Counted from the first letter of the stretch, positions 9,921 through 20,429 are shown. The stretch: DNA of 64,000 nt from Phormidesmis sp. (GCA_965248535.1 CBDFJR010000005.1:1408001-1472000), one strand, 5' to 3'. The notes: generated by a model not told the origin, from the sequence alone. Made by a program: numbers and translations.

Positions 9921-11045
9921 TTAGAATTCTCTTTTCTGGCTTTGTAAATATCCCTCAATCAAAAAGTCTGAGTCGATCGCGCTCCATTTGACCCGCTCTA
10001 AGGTCAACGCATGCGTCATGGCAACCAATCCCAAGTCGCCCACGGGTGAAGGCGCACCAACGCCGCCAATGATTTTGGGCGCGATAAAGGCAAAAACTTT
10101 TTGCACACAGCCATCGGCGATCGCCCTAGCTGCCAGCGTGCCCCCACACTCCCATAAAACTGAAGACAAGCCGCGATCGTATAAATGGGTCATGGCTTTA
10201 GATGGGGTTAGCGACTCCAACTCTACAACGTCAACCCCCTGATCTACCAGGCGTTTCTGCACCGCCGAATTTGCGCCCACACTGGTCAAAACCAGAGTCG
10301 AAGCCGTCTGCGTCTGCCAAAGGTTTGCCCGCGTGGGCAGATCCAGCGATCGACTCATCACCACCCGCAGAGGAGTGTGAGCCGTCACGCCATGAGTCGT
10401 CAAATAAGGATTATCTTGGCGAACGGTGTTGCCACCCACCACGATCGCATCACAGGTCGATCGCACCTGATGCACTCGCTGCCGCGAGGCTGCCCCGGTG
10501 ACCCAACTGCTGTGTCCAGTGGTGGCGGCAATTTTGCCATCTAGGGTCATGGCATATTTCAAAATGCCCAGGGGTTGACGGTGCACAATGCGATGCACAA
10601 AGGCTTCGTTGAGGTCTTGGCAGGCGGTTTCTTCTACCCCGATCGTCACCTCAATGCCCGCCTCGCGCAGTCTAGCGATTCCTCGACCCGCCACTTGCGG
10701 GTTGGGATCGACCATACCCACCACAACCCGACTGATCCCGGCCGCAATCACCGCTTCCGAGCAGGGAGGCGTTCGCCCATAGTGATTGCAGGGTTCTAGA
10801 TTGACATAGAGAGTGGCCCCATGAGCGCGATCGCCTGCGGCTCTCAGGGCAAACACTTCGGCGTGAGGCTCTCCGGCTTTGGGATGAAATCCCTCACCGA
10901 CAATCTCCTGGTTTTGCATAATCACTGAGCCTACGAGCGGGTTGGGGGCAGTTTGCCCCTGCGCTGTTTGAGCGAGTTCTAAACATCGCCGCATCATGGC
11001 GCAATCGAACTGCTCTGGGTCGTCGGTTTGGCTAGCTGTGCTCAA
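9921..11045 (-). CDS. ribD: Bifunctional riboflavin biosynthesis deaminase/reductase
   Basis: PNPLVG, HAE, LEPCNHYGRTPPC, KYAMTLDGKIA. Confidence 0.97.
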   Translation of the reverse strand: MSTASQTDDPEQFDCAMMRRCLELAQTAQGQTAPNPLVGSVIMQNQEIVGEGFHPKAGEPHAEVFALRAAGDRAHGATLYVNLEPCNHYGRTPPCSEAVIAAGISRVVVGMVDPNPQVAGRGIARLREAGIEVTIGVEETACQDLNEAFVHRIVHRQPLGILKYAMTLDGKIAATTGHSSWVTGAASRQRVHQVRSTCDAIVVGGNTVRQDNPYLTTHGVTAHTPLRVVMSRSLDLPTRANLWQTQTASTLVLTSVGANSAVQKRLVDQGVDVVELESLTPSKAMTHLYDRGLSSVLWECGGTLAARAIADGCVQKVFAFIAPKIIGGVGAPSPVGDLGLVAMTHALTLERVKWSAIDSDFLIEGYLQSQKREF

Positions 11046-11575
11046 GACGATCGCGAGGGAGAATATTGGCTCAATATGTCTTGCCCCCAGCGCACCAGTT
11101 TTTCGGGGCCCTCCATCATCAGAAGATATTGCCCCCGGTTGAGATGATGGCGATAAACGCTGACGGTTGTGCCTTCACCAAATAGCCCAAATAGCCCGCC
11201 GATTACGGCTCCAAAAAAACCGCCCACCACCCCCGCAACAGGCATTAGCCCTAGCGGCTTGAGGCTGTCAAGATTGCTATAGCCGTGGCTTTGCACCAAA
11301 ACCAGCACAAACGCCATCAGTGAGGCGATCGTGCCTGCCAAGATTGACCAGCGCCGCGCTTGATGTAGGGCAATTTGCATCGGTCTGAGCAGCCCAATGT
11401 GGTCAGGATTGCTGTAACCCTTGCCGACGATCGCTAAATGTTCGGGAGAAATGCCGTAATAGTGCAGCAGTCGATAGGCCTGAAAAGCGGAGGCTTCATC
11501 GGGAAATATCACCACTGCAAGATGAGTCTGTCGGCGCACCAGACCCGTTTTTCGCAAGAACCGGGTAACTGTCAC
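11042..11575 (-). CDS. Hypothetical membrane protein with Gly-rich TM hairpin
   Basis: Two hydrophobic segments, GVVGGFFGAVIGGLFG; 4-nt overlap with ribD. Confidence 0.7.
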   Translation of the reverse strand: MTVTRFLRKTGLVRRQTHLAVVIFPDEASAFQAYRLLHYYGISPEHLAIVGKGYSNPDHIGLLRPMQIALHQARRWSILAGTIASLMAFVLVLVQSHGYSNLDSLKPLGLMPVAGVVGGFFGAVIGGLFGLFGEGTTVSVYRHHLNRGQYLLMMEGPEKLVRWGQDILSQYSPSRSS

Positions 11576-11758
11576 AACGGGAATCGCAAAGATGACTGTT
11601 TATGTCTGAATTTTAAACGGTTGCTGTGAGTTTCTTGGCTATCAAGCAGACTAATTTAACTATTTTTCACCTTCTGCGCGGGTCGCTCGGTTTTTCTCTT
11701 TTCCCCTTTCCGCTACCATTGAGAGGTGACAAGTTTTGCTATGGGTTAGGTTCATTCT

Positions 11759-12070
11759 ATGCCTCCTCGTTGGTCTCGGCTTCCCGATCGCAAAGACTCT
11801 GACTATCGTCGCCTCGACGATCGGATGACGTTTGCAACTCATGTGCCCCTATTTACGGCGGTCAATTCTGGAATATGGTTTTTTGAAATTTTAAACAAGG
11901 CTGACTGGCCGTGGTCTGTGTGGGTGACAGGCATCTGGGCAACGATTTTGCTAGCCCATGCCATCTATGTGTTTGCGATCGCCGATTATTCTGACCCGGT
12001 GGTGACCACTTCAGCCCCGGCCACAGGCTTTAAGCCGAGAGAGAAGCCTACAAAATCATCCAAAGGGTAG
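11759..12070 (+). CDS. 2TM-domain cyanobacterial protein
   Basis: MPPRWSRLPDRKDSDYRRLDDRMTFATHV followed by two TM helices. Confidence 0.75.
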   Translation: MPPRWSRLPDRKDSDYRRLDDRMTFATHVPLFTAVNSGIWFFEILNKADWPWSVWVTGIWATILLAHAIYVFAIADYSDPVVTTSAPATGFKPREKPTKSSKG

Positions 12071-12128
12071 GGGCATTCTGAGCAGCGTTCAGTGCTAGTA
12101 ATGGTGAATAACTTTTTAATTAACTGCT

Positions 12129-12437
12129 ATGGCAAAATTAAGCCAGTCTGAAGCGATCGAGTCTTTGGCAGCCGACATTGGCGAAGCTATTTATATTGAT
12201 GTCGCCAAGTGGCACCTTTATCTGTCGGATGCCCACCTCCACACCGTCTTGGCCGAAAAACTTTATCCGCTCGTCTTAGCAAAATCAATTCAAGAAGATC
12301 AGGTTTTAGAAATCCTTCGCAACATTCCAGTCAAGCTGGGCGGCGGAAAGCTTGAGGTGCCGCTGATCGATTTACTGCCGATGCAGTGTCAGGTCAATCT
12401 GATCGATCTGGTAGAAGAGTTTCAGCGAAACCTTTAG
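12129..12437 (+). CDS. DUF3181-family (thylakoid-associated) protein
   Basis: IGEAIYIDVAKWHLYLSDAHL, IPVKLGGGK. Confidence 0.8.
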   Translation: MAKLSQSEAIESLAADIGEAIYIDVAKWHLYLSDAHLHTVLAEKLYPLVLAKSIQEDQVLEILRNIPVKLGGGKLEVPLIDLLPMQCQVNLIDLVEEFQRNL

Positions 12438-12454
12438 AGAGAAACCTTTAGAGA
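12427..12454. repeat. Perfect 14-bp tandem duplication GAAACCTTTAGAGA x2
   Basis: Read directly; spans the stop codon of the DUF3181 gene. Confidence 0.85.
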
Positions 12455-12484
12455 CGAGCTAACCTTTGGTGGACTCTCGGACAA

Positions 12485-12527
12485 ATGCAGCGATCGTGGT
12501 CAGACCTCTAGCGCTCGATCGCTGCAT
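12485..12527. terminator. 12-bp inverted repeat between convergent genes (possible bidirectional terminator)
   Basis: ATGCAGCGATCG ... CGATCGCTGCAT; no clear U-tract. Confidence 0.45.
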
Positions 12528-12536
12528 CAATGGAGT

Positions 12537-14897
12537 CTAAAACGCAGACTGGAGAGACGCGATCGGCAGCAGCAACGTGACTTCGATCGTGTCACGCACT
12601 TCGCGACTAACATAGCAATCGCTATTGAGGCAGGCTACAAGAAGCTGGTTAGCATCATAATATTGCTGAAGAAGCTCCTTCTGCGCCTCTGTGAATTGCC
12701 AATCATGTCCAATATTGCGATGTTGGATCATGGCAGCCCTGAGTTGTGCCGTCCAAGATTGCCTGTTAATTTTCCACCACAGGTCATAAACTTCCCAGTT
12801 ATCCGTCGAGGGGATCTGGTCTTTAAGGTGCTGCAACTTCTGCTGCAATTCAGGATCAAGGTCGCGGGCCAGGTCAAGAGCCAAATCGCGGGCACGAGAG
12901 CGAGAGCGGGCCAGGTCAAGAGCATGGTCGCGCTCGTGGTCGATCGCATGGTCGCGATCGCGAGCCAGATCACGGGCCAGATCTCGATCGAAGTCAAGGT
13001 CAAAGTCGCGATCAAAGTCGCGATCAAAGTCGCGATCGAGGGCCCGATCGAGAGCACGAGAACGGGCCAGGTCGAGAGCCAAGTCAAGGGCCCGGGCCAA
13101 GTCGAGCGATCGAGCCAGGTCAAAATAAAAGGCTCTAATAGCCGCCGCCTTATAAGGGGCTTTCACAGAGCGGGCTTTTTGCTCCACCCAGGTGAGAAAT
13201 TGTTGCAGCTTGCGATCGGGCGCAAGAATGCCGTCGATCTGCTGTTTCATCGCTTGCAGCAGCGTTTCTGCATTCTCTAACATGCCAACCGTGAGCAAGA
13301 AAACCTCTCGCCATCGCTTCTCGGCAATGTGGCTGACAAGCTCTTGCAGAAGGCTCTCAGCGTCACTGCTGGTGACAATTTTTCGGGCTGTGAAATATTC
13401 GTGAAAGGTCAGGTGCGAAAAAGAATAAATGCCGCGTGCCCGCTCAACAAAAAGACCATGTTGCGCCTCGATCGACTTCAGCACCGCCTCGCTGTCTAAT
13501 TGCAGCGCTTCCTCATCTTGACTGGCATTGGCTAGATTGCGAATGTATTGCGTGATATAGCGTTCAGCGTCTTTTTGCTTAAAGAAGTAGTTCCCCTGCT
13601 GAAAGTTATCTAGGGCAATTCGGCTCAACAAATCTTCTTTGCGTTTTAGGGAGAGCTTCTTATAAATCTGATCGCGTTCAATATTGCGTTTCACATCCCA
13701 TTTTTTTAGCAGCACGTCTAAACCCTCGTTATAGAGTTCCGATCGGTTAGCTGGGAAGTTTCCTGATTCTTCAAACACAAGGCACAGCAGGGTCAGCAAC
13801 AGCGGACTGGTTGCCAGATCTCGAATGCCTTTGTCTTTTTTCAACTTCTTGATAAAGTTTTCTGCCTTGATGGGGTCGTTTTTGGCATGAAACCACTGCT
13901 TTGTGAACGTTGCGATCTGCTGATCATCAAAATCGGCTACCTCAACTTCTGTAAATTTTTCAAAGGTGTATTCACGGGCGGCGATGCGACAAGTGAGCAC
14001 AAAAGGGTTTTTAGAAAACTGGTTAGCAAAGCTTTGAATCTGCTTTAAGACGCGGCTGTTGTCGGTCTCTCTAACTTCATCTAAACCATCTAACAAAATT
14101 AAGATTTTGCCTTGTCTGAGCAGCAGTTCTACAGGCTTGGTGGTGCCGTTTGCTGAGGCAGTCCACGATCCCGTTTTGACTTTTGTTTCTGGCGCAACGC
14201 CATAGCTCTCAAAAAGCTGCGTCAAATAGTCCAATAGGCTCGGTTGTTTGGGGGCTTCTGCAAAGTCTTTGAGAGTGATGAAGAGCGGCACTAGCTCTTT
14301 TTTAAACGCTCCTTCAATGCACTGAATGGCCAAATGCTTGAGAAACGTAGTTTTTCCGGCTCCGGGCTTGCCCAAAATCATCAGCTTAGAATGCTGATCA
14401 ACGGCATCTAGACCCGGCACTCGCTCTTCTTGAATGCCGCTGAGACTGAAGCGATCGAGGTTCTCTAACGAGCAAGTTTGAAGCAGTTCTGCAAATTCTA
14501 AGCGGCGGCGACCCGTGATTTTTTCTAGAATATTCACCGCTGTGTAGATCGCATTCAAATCGAGCGGCTGAGACATATCGAGAACTCGCATTGAGCCACA
14601 TTTAGTCTGAATGCTGTCGTAAATGTTGATGCGAACAATGTCTACTAACTCATCTAAACTGGGAGGCTGACTGTCTTCGGGTTCTAACTCAGCAATTTTA
14701 TTCCATTGCAGTTCTAGCTCTGTGCAGATGGCTCTAAAAATTTGCTTCTCGATCGGGTTGCCTTTTAAAAATCGGTTTAAGGTCTGCCGCGAACATTGGG
14801 ACGCTCCAGCCAGATATTCTTGAGTCCAACCTTTGAGTTTTAGGGCTTTGTTGGCTGCGTCTAACCCTACCATTGATGCTCGAATGCCTCTATCCAT
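12537..14897 (-). CDS. NACHT-family STAND NTPase with N-terminal XRE-like HTH, tetrapeptide-repeat tract and C-terminal helical domain
   Basis: GWTQEYLAGASQCSRQTLNRF (HTH), Walker A GKPGAGKTT, Walker B LLDGLDE, SPLLL, FSHLTFHEYFTA, HRNIGHDWQF...YYDANQLLVACLNSDC. Confidence 0.9.
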   Translation of the reverse strand: MDRGIRASMVGLDAANKALKLKGWTQEYLAGASQCSRQTLNRFLKGNPIEKQIFRAICTELELQWNKIAELEPEDSQPPSLDELVDIVRINIYDSIQTKCGSMRVLDMSQPLDLNAIYTAVNILEKITGRRRLEFAELLQTCSLENLDRFSLSGIQEERVPGLDAVDQHSKLMILGKPGAGKTTFLKHLAIQCIEGAFKKELVPLFITLKDFAEAPKQPSLLDYLTQLFESYGVAPETKVKTGSWTASANGTTKPVELLLRQGKILILLDGLDEVRETDNSRVLKQIQSFANQFSKNPFVLTCRIAAREYTFEKFTEVEVADFDDQQIATFTKQWFHAKNDPIKAENFIKKLKKDKGIRDLATSPLLLTLLCLVFEESGNFPANRSELYNEGLDVLLKKWDVKRNIERDQIYKKLSLKRKEDLLSRIALDNFQQGNYFFKQKDAERYITQYIRNLANASQDEEALQLDSEAVLKSIEAQHGLFVERARGIYSFSHLTFHEYFTARKIVTSSDAESLLQELVSHIAEKRWREVFLLTVGMLENAETLLQAMKQQIDGILAPDRKLQQFLTWVEQKARSVKAPYKAAAIRAFYFDLARSLDLARALDLALDLARSRALDRALDRDFDRDFDRDFDLDFDRDLARDLARDRDHAIDHERDHALDLARSRSRARDLALDLARDLDPELQQKLQHLKDQIPSTDNWEVYDLWWKINRQSWTAQLRAAMIQHRNIGHDWQFTEAQKELLQQYYDANQLLVACLNSDCYVSREVRDTIEVTLLLPIASLQSAF
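12860..13122 (-). repeat. Degenerate 12-bp coding repeats (DLAR/DRAL/DRDF) inside the NACHT gene
   Basis: For example GTCGCGATCAAA tandem copies around 13006-13037; translation LDLARALDLALDLARSRALDRALDRDFDRDFDRDF... Confidence 0.85.
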
Positions 14898-15039
14898 AGT
14901 CTCACCCTAACGCTGACACAAGTCTTACACAACTAAACGCTTGACTGTGACCATGCCTTAGCGCGTTCATAGTTTGATGAAACCGAGGCAAAAACGCGCC
15001 TCGGCTCCGAATCTTTTCTACCCCTCACTAACTTCACTT

Positions 15040-15303
15040 ATGAATAACCACTTTTCGGAAATTGAATCAAACATCATCAAAGAAATTCTGCGTCAAGGTC
15101 ACCACAGTTTCAACCTGGCTCTAATTGCCACAGGCGTTTCGTTTGGGGTGAGTCTAGCAGGGGCAGGCTTGCTGCTGTCTGGCAAGCTCCCTGAGGGCGC
15201 AGTCACAGCCCTAGGCGGATTGGCATCCAGCGCCCACTGCATTCGCCTGGCCAAAGATGCCAACGATCGGCTAGATAAAGTTTTAGATGAATCCAATGAT
15301 TGA
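15040..15303 (+). CDS. Small 2-TM protein resembling the cyanobacterial TRADD-N-associated membrane domain
   Basis: LRQGHHSFNLALIAT...AGLLLSGKLPEGAVTALGGL...KDANDRLDK; start may be 14974/14977 or 15040. Confidence 0.65.
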   Translation: MNNHFSEIESNIIKEILRQGHHSFNLALIATGVSFGVSLAGAGLLLSGKLPEGAVTALGGLASSAHCIRLAKDANDRLDKVLDESND

Positions 15304-15365
15304 GAGATTAGCGCGATCGTTTCTTGAGGGAGCGATCGCGCCAACTATTCTCTAAGTTCAGAGCT

Positions 15366-17981
15366 TTAGGAGATCGAGACATTGACCGCTAGCTTTTGTC
15401 CTAATCGCTGCCACTGGGGTTGAGAGGCTTCTATCGACGTTGGCAGCCATTGCAGATAGAGTTCTTGAGCCTGAGCTAGATTGGGATTGAGATGAAGCTG
15501 CTGACCGAGATCTAGCAGCCGTTCTAAACGCTGAACTTCTCGTTCGGCTGTCTCAACGTTAGACTCATACAATAAATGCCAGAGCGATCGCCGAATCAAT
15601 CGTTCTAAAATCTGTTTGGCTTCTAGGGCGGTCAAATTGCAGTGCAGATGGGCCGCTTCGGTGGAGATCGCTTCCAGTTCGAGTAGATAATTTAGGGTCG
15701 CGTCGAGTCGATCGCTGGTGGAATCGCTGGTTTCTTGCTCAAGCGATCGCAGCGCTAAGAGCAGACGATGACTGAGGGCAATCTCTGCGGCAACCTGCAA
15801 TTCTCGCGGCACGGGCAACTCATCGCGATGAAACGCCATCAGCACCCCATAATTATCTCGATAAACCTGCGTGTAAAGCTGATCTAATCGAGTCAGGGTT
15901 TCTTGAGTCAATAGCTGCATAATGCGGTGTCGCTCTTCAGCAAACAGCGTCTGCAAATTGTAAGACTGATTGCCAAAAATCTGACTCATTGACAGGATGG
16001 TCTGCGCGGCGCTGCCTTGTCTGAGCGATCCCATCAGCGTTTCTTTAAGGGAGGTGTAGCCTCGTCGCCCTGCAAACGGCTGAATGCAGCAGTGGAAATC
16101 CCAGCCGCCTAGGTGCAAGACTGCAAACACGAGATGAGCCGTCTCGCGGGTGATCTCCGAAGTCAGATGCAGTTGCCCGATCGCCAAGGTCAGCGATCCC
16201 ATGCGCTGTAGCTGATAGTCGAGTTGATGCGCGTCATAGCAATAGACTCGCTCTTCTCTGGTGTAGGGCGTAAATAGTGAACTGATGGCGTAGTGAGAGG
16301 CGACTTGCTCAAAGCTGATCTGAGCAGAGACCACCAGTTGACGATAGACTTCAGCCCCGTTCTTAAAGGAGTCTACGTTGCTGGGGGCTAGCGCTAGGCG
16401 CTTCACAAATCCTTTTTCAAGCTGCACTCCGGCGACATCTCCGGCGAGTTCTAGCGCTCTTGAGGCATAGCGCAAAATTTGCGTTCCTTCGGGGCGCGAC
16501 AGTTCTTCAAAAAACCAGCCGCAGCTTGTGTACATCAGCAGGGCGTGACGCTGCATTTCTAACAGACGCAGGGCATCGGTGCGCTCGGCTGCGGTTAATT
16601 TATGGGTTTGGTGCTGAGTTAAGAACCGACCGACATTCGTCGAGGTGCGATCGCGCATCACCTGAATGTATTCGTCTCGTGCCAGCCAGGGATCGCGGAA
16701 AAATTTCTTGCCTGTGTCTTCGTAGACTTTGGTTAACTGATCTCGCAGCCAGTCGAGGGCATCGCGCAGGGGTCGCCGCCACTGCTGATTCCACGAGCCG
16801 CCGCCCCCACAGCCACAGTCATCTTGCCAGCGATCGACTCCATGGGCGCAACTCCACGCGGTGACGGGCTTTAGCTCAACTTCCCAAGTAGGAGGCGTGA
16901 GGCTGAGATAGTGAGCAAAGTTGGTTACCGTCCAGCCCCGGTGAGCAAACTCATCTTCAAAGGCATAGGCAAGACATTTTTCAGTCCCGCTTTTGTGGTG
17001 TCCAAAGGTTTCGCCATCGGTCGCCACGGCAATCAGTTGAGCCGGACGGTGATCGCCGCGCACCGCCTGACCTAGCCGACTGGCGAGATTGTGAGAACTG
17101 CTGAGGGCACTGTCAAAGCCCATATCGCGTGAGATGGGGCCGTCGTAGAAGAAAATATCAAGGTAAGCGGTTTCCGATTCTAGGTTCCAAGAGTCAGAAA
17201 GCGAGCTATCTCGTCCTTTTTTTAAGAAGCAGCGATAAGGGCGAGTTGCGTCGATTTGACTGCCGCCGACTTCGTTCCAAGGGCTAGAGTCTTCGGCAGT
17301 CGAGAGAGGACGGCAGCGCTGGGCTTGAGACGGAGCCAAAATGATGAACTTGATCCCTTCAGCAATCAGGGCTTCAACCGTTGCATCGTCAACGGCGGTT
17401 TCTGCTAGCCACATGCCTTCGGGATCACGCCCAAAGTGCGATCGGAAGTCGGCTTTGCCCCAGCGAATCTGAGTTCGCTTATCCCGCTCGTTAGCTAAAG
17501 GCAGAATGATGTGATTGTAGACTTGAGCGATCGCGTTGCCGTGCCCGTTGAGGCGTTCACAGCTTTTGCGATCGGCTTCTAAAATGCGCTGATAGACTTC
17601 TACGTCATGGCGTTCGATCCAACTCATTAAGGTCGGGCCGATGTTGAAGCTCAGATATTCGTAGTTGTTGACGATTTTGACGATATCGCCACGATCGTTG
17701 AGCACCCGCGCAAAGGCATTAGGGCGATAGCATTCATGGTGAATGCGCTCGTTCCAGTTGTGGAAAGGGGCGGCGCTGGGCTGGCGCTCGATCGCATCCA
17801 AATAGGGATTCTCGCGGGGAGGCTGATAAAAGTGCCCGTGAACCGTGACATAAACCCCGATCGCGTGCTTGAGAGGGGTCTGCGAGTCGGGGAGCGTCAG
17901 GGGATCATGGGCTGACGTGAACTCAATTTCAGCATGGGGATCAGTGTCCACTTGGGTCTGCGGAGTTGCATCGAGCGTCAT
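15366..17981 (-). CDS. Glycoside hydrolase family 57 / DUF3536 protein
   Basis: HGHFYQPPRENP, SFNIGPTL, GMWLAETAV, ATDGETFGHH, MYTSCGWFF. Confidence 0.9.
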   Translation of the reverse strand: MTLDATPQTQVDTDPHAEIEFTSAHDPLTLPDSQTPLKHAIGVYVTVHGHFYQPPRENPYLDAIERQPSAAPFHNWNERIHHECYRPNAFARVLNDRGDIVKIVNNYEYLSFNIGPTLMSWIERHDVEVYQRILEADRKSCERLNGHGNAIAQVYNHIILPLANERDKRTQIRWGKADFRSHFGRDPEGMWLAETAVDDATVEALIAEGIKFIILAPSQAQRCRPLSTAEDSSPWNEVGGSQIDATRPYRCFLKKGRDSSLSDSWNLESETAYLDIFFYDGPISRDMGFDSALSSSHNLASRLGQAVRGDHRPAQLIAVATDGETFGHHKSGTEKCLAYAFEDEFAHRGWTVTNFAHYLSLTPPTWEVELKPVTAWSCAHGVDRWQDDCGCGGGGSWNQQWRRPLRDALDWLRDQLTKVYEDTGKKFFRDPWLARDEYIQVMRDRTSTNVGRFLTQHQTHKLTAAERTDALRLLEMQRHALLMYTSCGWFFEELSRPEGTQILRYASRALELAGDVAGVQLEKGFVKRLALAPSNVDSFKNGAEVYRQLVVSAQISFEQVASHYAISSLFTPYTREERVYCYDAHQLDYQLQRMGSLTLAIGQLHLTSEITRETAHLVFAVLHLGGWDFHCCIQPFAGRRGYTSLKETLMGSLRQGSAAQTILSMSQIFGNQSYNLQTLFAEERHRIMQLLTQETLTRLDQLYTQVYRDNYGVLMAFHRDELPVPRELQVAAEIALSHRLLLALRSLEQETSDSTSDRLDATLNYLLELEAISTEAAHLHCNLTALEAKQILERLIRRSLWHLLYESNVETAEREVQRLERLLDLGQQLHLNPNLAQAQELYLQWLPTSIEASQPQWQRLGQKLAVNVSIS

Positions 17982-18279
17982 AGAACTATTCTTGGGGTGA
18001 AGGAGACGAGAAGAAGCAAGAGAACTGCGGAACTGCAAAGCGATCTCACAACGCTTCTGAACACAAAACGAACCCGCACTATAGCGGAGTTAAAAAGAGA
18101 CGAAAATCTGACTGAACGCTTAAGATTATGGGGATCGATTCCGTCCAAAGGGGGACACCCCTTAATCGATCGTACAGGAACTAAATCTTTTCTAGAATTG
18201 CGACAGCACCAGGGCTTTGCAACAATAGCTGATTGAATCGCAAGTTTTGGGCCAACTTAAGATTGGCTTAAGGTTCTGT

Positions 18280-19665
18280 CTACGCACCGATCGCCGCAGA
18301 CACGTCTCGATATAGAACTTTAGTTTGATGGCTCCAACTGGCGAGGTCAGCGAGGGCGCGATCGCGATACACCCCATAGCGTTCTTGCTTATTGCGAATT
18401 TTTTGCGGCAGCGCTGGCAAAATGCCAAAGTTAGGCGGCATGGGCTGAAAATGCTTAGGCGATGCAGAACTGATGAAGTCAAACAGCGATCCCATCATGG
18501 TCGTGACGGGGAGGGAGACCGTTGGCAGCCCCAAGGCAACACGGGCGGCATTGGTGCCTGCCAGCCAACCTCCGGCCGTTGCAGCCGTGTAGCCTTCGGT
18601 GCCGCACAGTTGCCCAGCGGCCAGCAGCGTGGGGCGTTGTTTGAATTGCAGCGTGGCGTGCAGCAGTTCAGGAGAGTTGATAAACGTGTTGCGGTGCATC
18701 ACCCCCATGCGGACAAACTCAGCATTTTCTAAACCGGGGATCAGTTGAAACACTCGCTTCTGTTCGCCCCATTTGAGATTGGTTTGAAAGCCGACCATGT
18801 TCCAAAGCTGCCCGCCTTTGTCTTCTTGACGCAGTTGCACGATCGCATAGGGTCGGTGCATCTGATTTTCGGGAGCGCGAAAATCGCCTCGACGGGCATC
18901 AAACAAGCCGACGGGCTTGAGCGGCCCATAGCGCATCGTGTCTTCGCCGCGTCGTGCCATCTCTTCGATCGGTAAACACGCCTCAAAAAACTTGGCGGTT
19001 TCTCGCTCAAAGTCTTTGAGTTCTGCCTGGTCTGCTTGCCCCAGTTCTCGCCAGAAGTGTAGATATTGCTCTTTGTTCATCGGGCAGTTGAGATAGGCAG
19101 CTTCGCCCCGATCGTAGCGAGAAGCCAAAAAAGCCACCTCAAAATCGATCGACTCACCCACCACGATCGGGCTAGCAGCATCGAAAAAACTCAAATACTC
19201 CATGCCCGTGACGCGACGCAGATCTTCAGTCAGAGCTGGGCTAGTCAGCGGCCCCGTCGTGAGGACGACCACTCCATTTGGGGGAATCTCAAGACACTCA
19301 CCACGACGCAATTCGATTAAGGGATGGGTTGAGAGGGTGTCGGTCAAGTCTTTGCTGAACTGGGCCCGATCGACTGCCAATGCTCCGCCTGCCGGAACTT
19401 GGTGCTCGTCGGCTTTGCCAATCACGATCGAGCCTAGCCGCCGCAGTTCTTCATGAAGCAGACCCGATGCCCGATCGGTGGCTTGTGCGCCAAAGGAGTT
19501 GCTGCATACCAACTCAGCTAGGTGCTCACTGTGATGGGCAGGGCTGAGTCGCTGAGGTCGCATCTCGTGCAAAACCACAGGCACACCCGCTTGGGCAATT
19601 TGCCAGGCGGCTTCGGTGCCCGCAATTCCTCCGCCAATCACCTGAATCGGTTGCAAGTCTGTCAT
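18280..19665 (-). CDS. trmFO: Methylenetetrahydrofolate--tRNA-(uracil-54) methyltransferase
   Basis: [49 protein letters not shown]. Confidence 0.97.
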   Translation of the reverse strand: MTDLQPIQVIGGGIAGTEAAWQIAQAGVPVVLHEMRPQRLSPAHHSEHLAELVCSNSFGAQATDRASGLLHEELRRLGSIVIGKADEHQVPAGGALAVDRAQFSKDLTDTLSTHPLIELRRGECLEIPPNGVVVLTTGPLTSPALTEDLRRVTGMEYLSFFDAASPIVVGESIDFEVAFLASRYDRGEAAYLNCPMNKEQYLHFWRELGQADQAELKDFERETAKFFEACLPIEEMARRGEDTMRYGPLKPVGLFDARRGDFRAPENQMHRPYAIVQLRQEDKGGQLWNMVGFQTNLKWGEQKRVFQLIPGLENAEFVRMGVMHRNTFINSPELLHATLQFKQRPTLLAAGQLCGTEGYTAATAGGWLAGTNAARVALGLPTVSLPVTTMMGSLFDFISSASPKHFQPMPPNFGILPALPQKIRNKQERYGVYRDRALADLASWSHQTKVLYRDVSAAIGA

Positions 19666-19784
19666 AGTTCCGGGGAGCCATCGTTCTATCTCTTTCTAGG
19701 ATAGGGGAGTGCAGAGGTTATTCATCACCCGATCGGGGAACCGACTACAATCTTAAGCAGGTTAAGCGGTCGAGGATGGAGATC

Positions 19785-20429
19785 ATGCCCGTCATTGCAG
19801 TCATAGATTACGATATGGGAAACTTGCACTCTGCTTGCAAAGGGCTGGCAAATGCAGGAGCAACCACCCAAATCACCGACTCTCCACGAGAGATTGGGCA
19901 AGCAGATGCGATCGTGCTCCCTGGTGTGGGAGCCTTTGACCCGGCTGTGCAGCACTTGCGATCGCGCCATTTAGAAAAGCCGATCAGAGCGGCGATCGCG
20001 AGTGGCAAACCCTTTTTGGGCATCTGCCTGGGGCTGCAAATTTTGTTTGAGTCTAGCGAAGAGGGCACCGAACCCGGACTGGGGATCATTTCTGGCCAGG
20101 TGAAACGGTTTCGTCATGAGCCTGGAATCACAGTTCCCCACATGGGTTGGAATCAATTAGAGTTGACCCAAGCGCAGTGCCCACTTTGGGATCAGCTTCC
20201 TGCCGATCCCTGGATGTATTTTGTGCACTCCTATTACGTAGAACCCACTGATCCCCAAATCTGTGCAGCGACCATCACCCACGGCACTCAAACGGTGACG
20301 GCAGCGATCGCCGATCGCAATCTTATGGCCGCGCAGTTTCACCCCGAAAAATCTTCAGCAGGCGGACTCAAACTTCTCTCTAACTTCGTTCAACTAGTGC
20401 ACGATCGTCAGCAGCTAGCCGCGAGATGA
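19785..20429 (+). CDS. hisH: Imidazole glycerol phosphate synthase glutaminase subunit
   Basis: DYDMGNLHS, LPGVGAF, GICLGLQ, PHMGWN, QFHPEKS. Confidence 0.97.
   Translation: MPVIAVIDYDMGNLHSACKGLANAGATTQITDSPREIGQADAIVLPGVGAFDPAVQHLRSRHLEKPIRAAIASGKPFLGICLGLQILFESSEEGTEPGLGIISGQVKRFRHEPGITVPHMGWNQLELTQAQCPLWDQLPADPWMYFVHSYYVEPTDPQICAATITHGTQTVTAAIADRNLMAAQFHPEKSSAGGLKLLSNFVQLVHDRQQLAAR

Noticed and set aside
12860..13122. Possible CRISPR array
   Set aside because: Degenerate 12-bp in-frame coding repeats without unique spacers; no cas genes in the window
12663..13280. 205-aa plus-strand ORF with VAIK repeats
   Set aside because: Antisense shadow of the NACHT repeat tract, which lacks stops on the other strand
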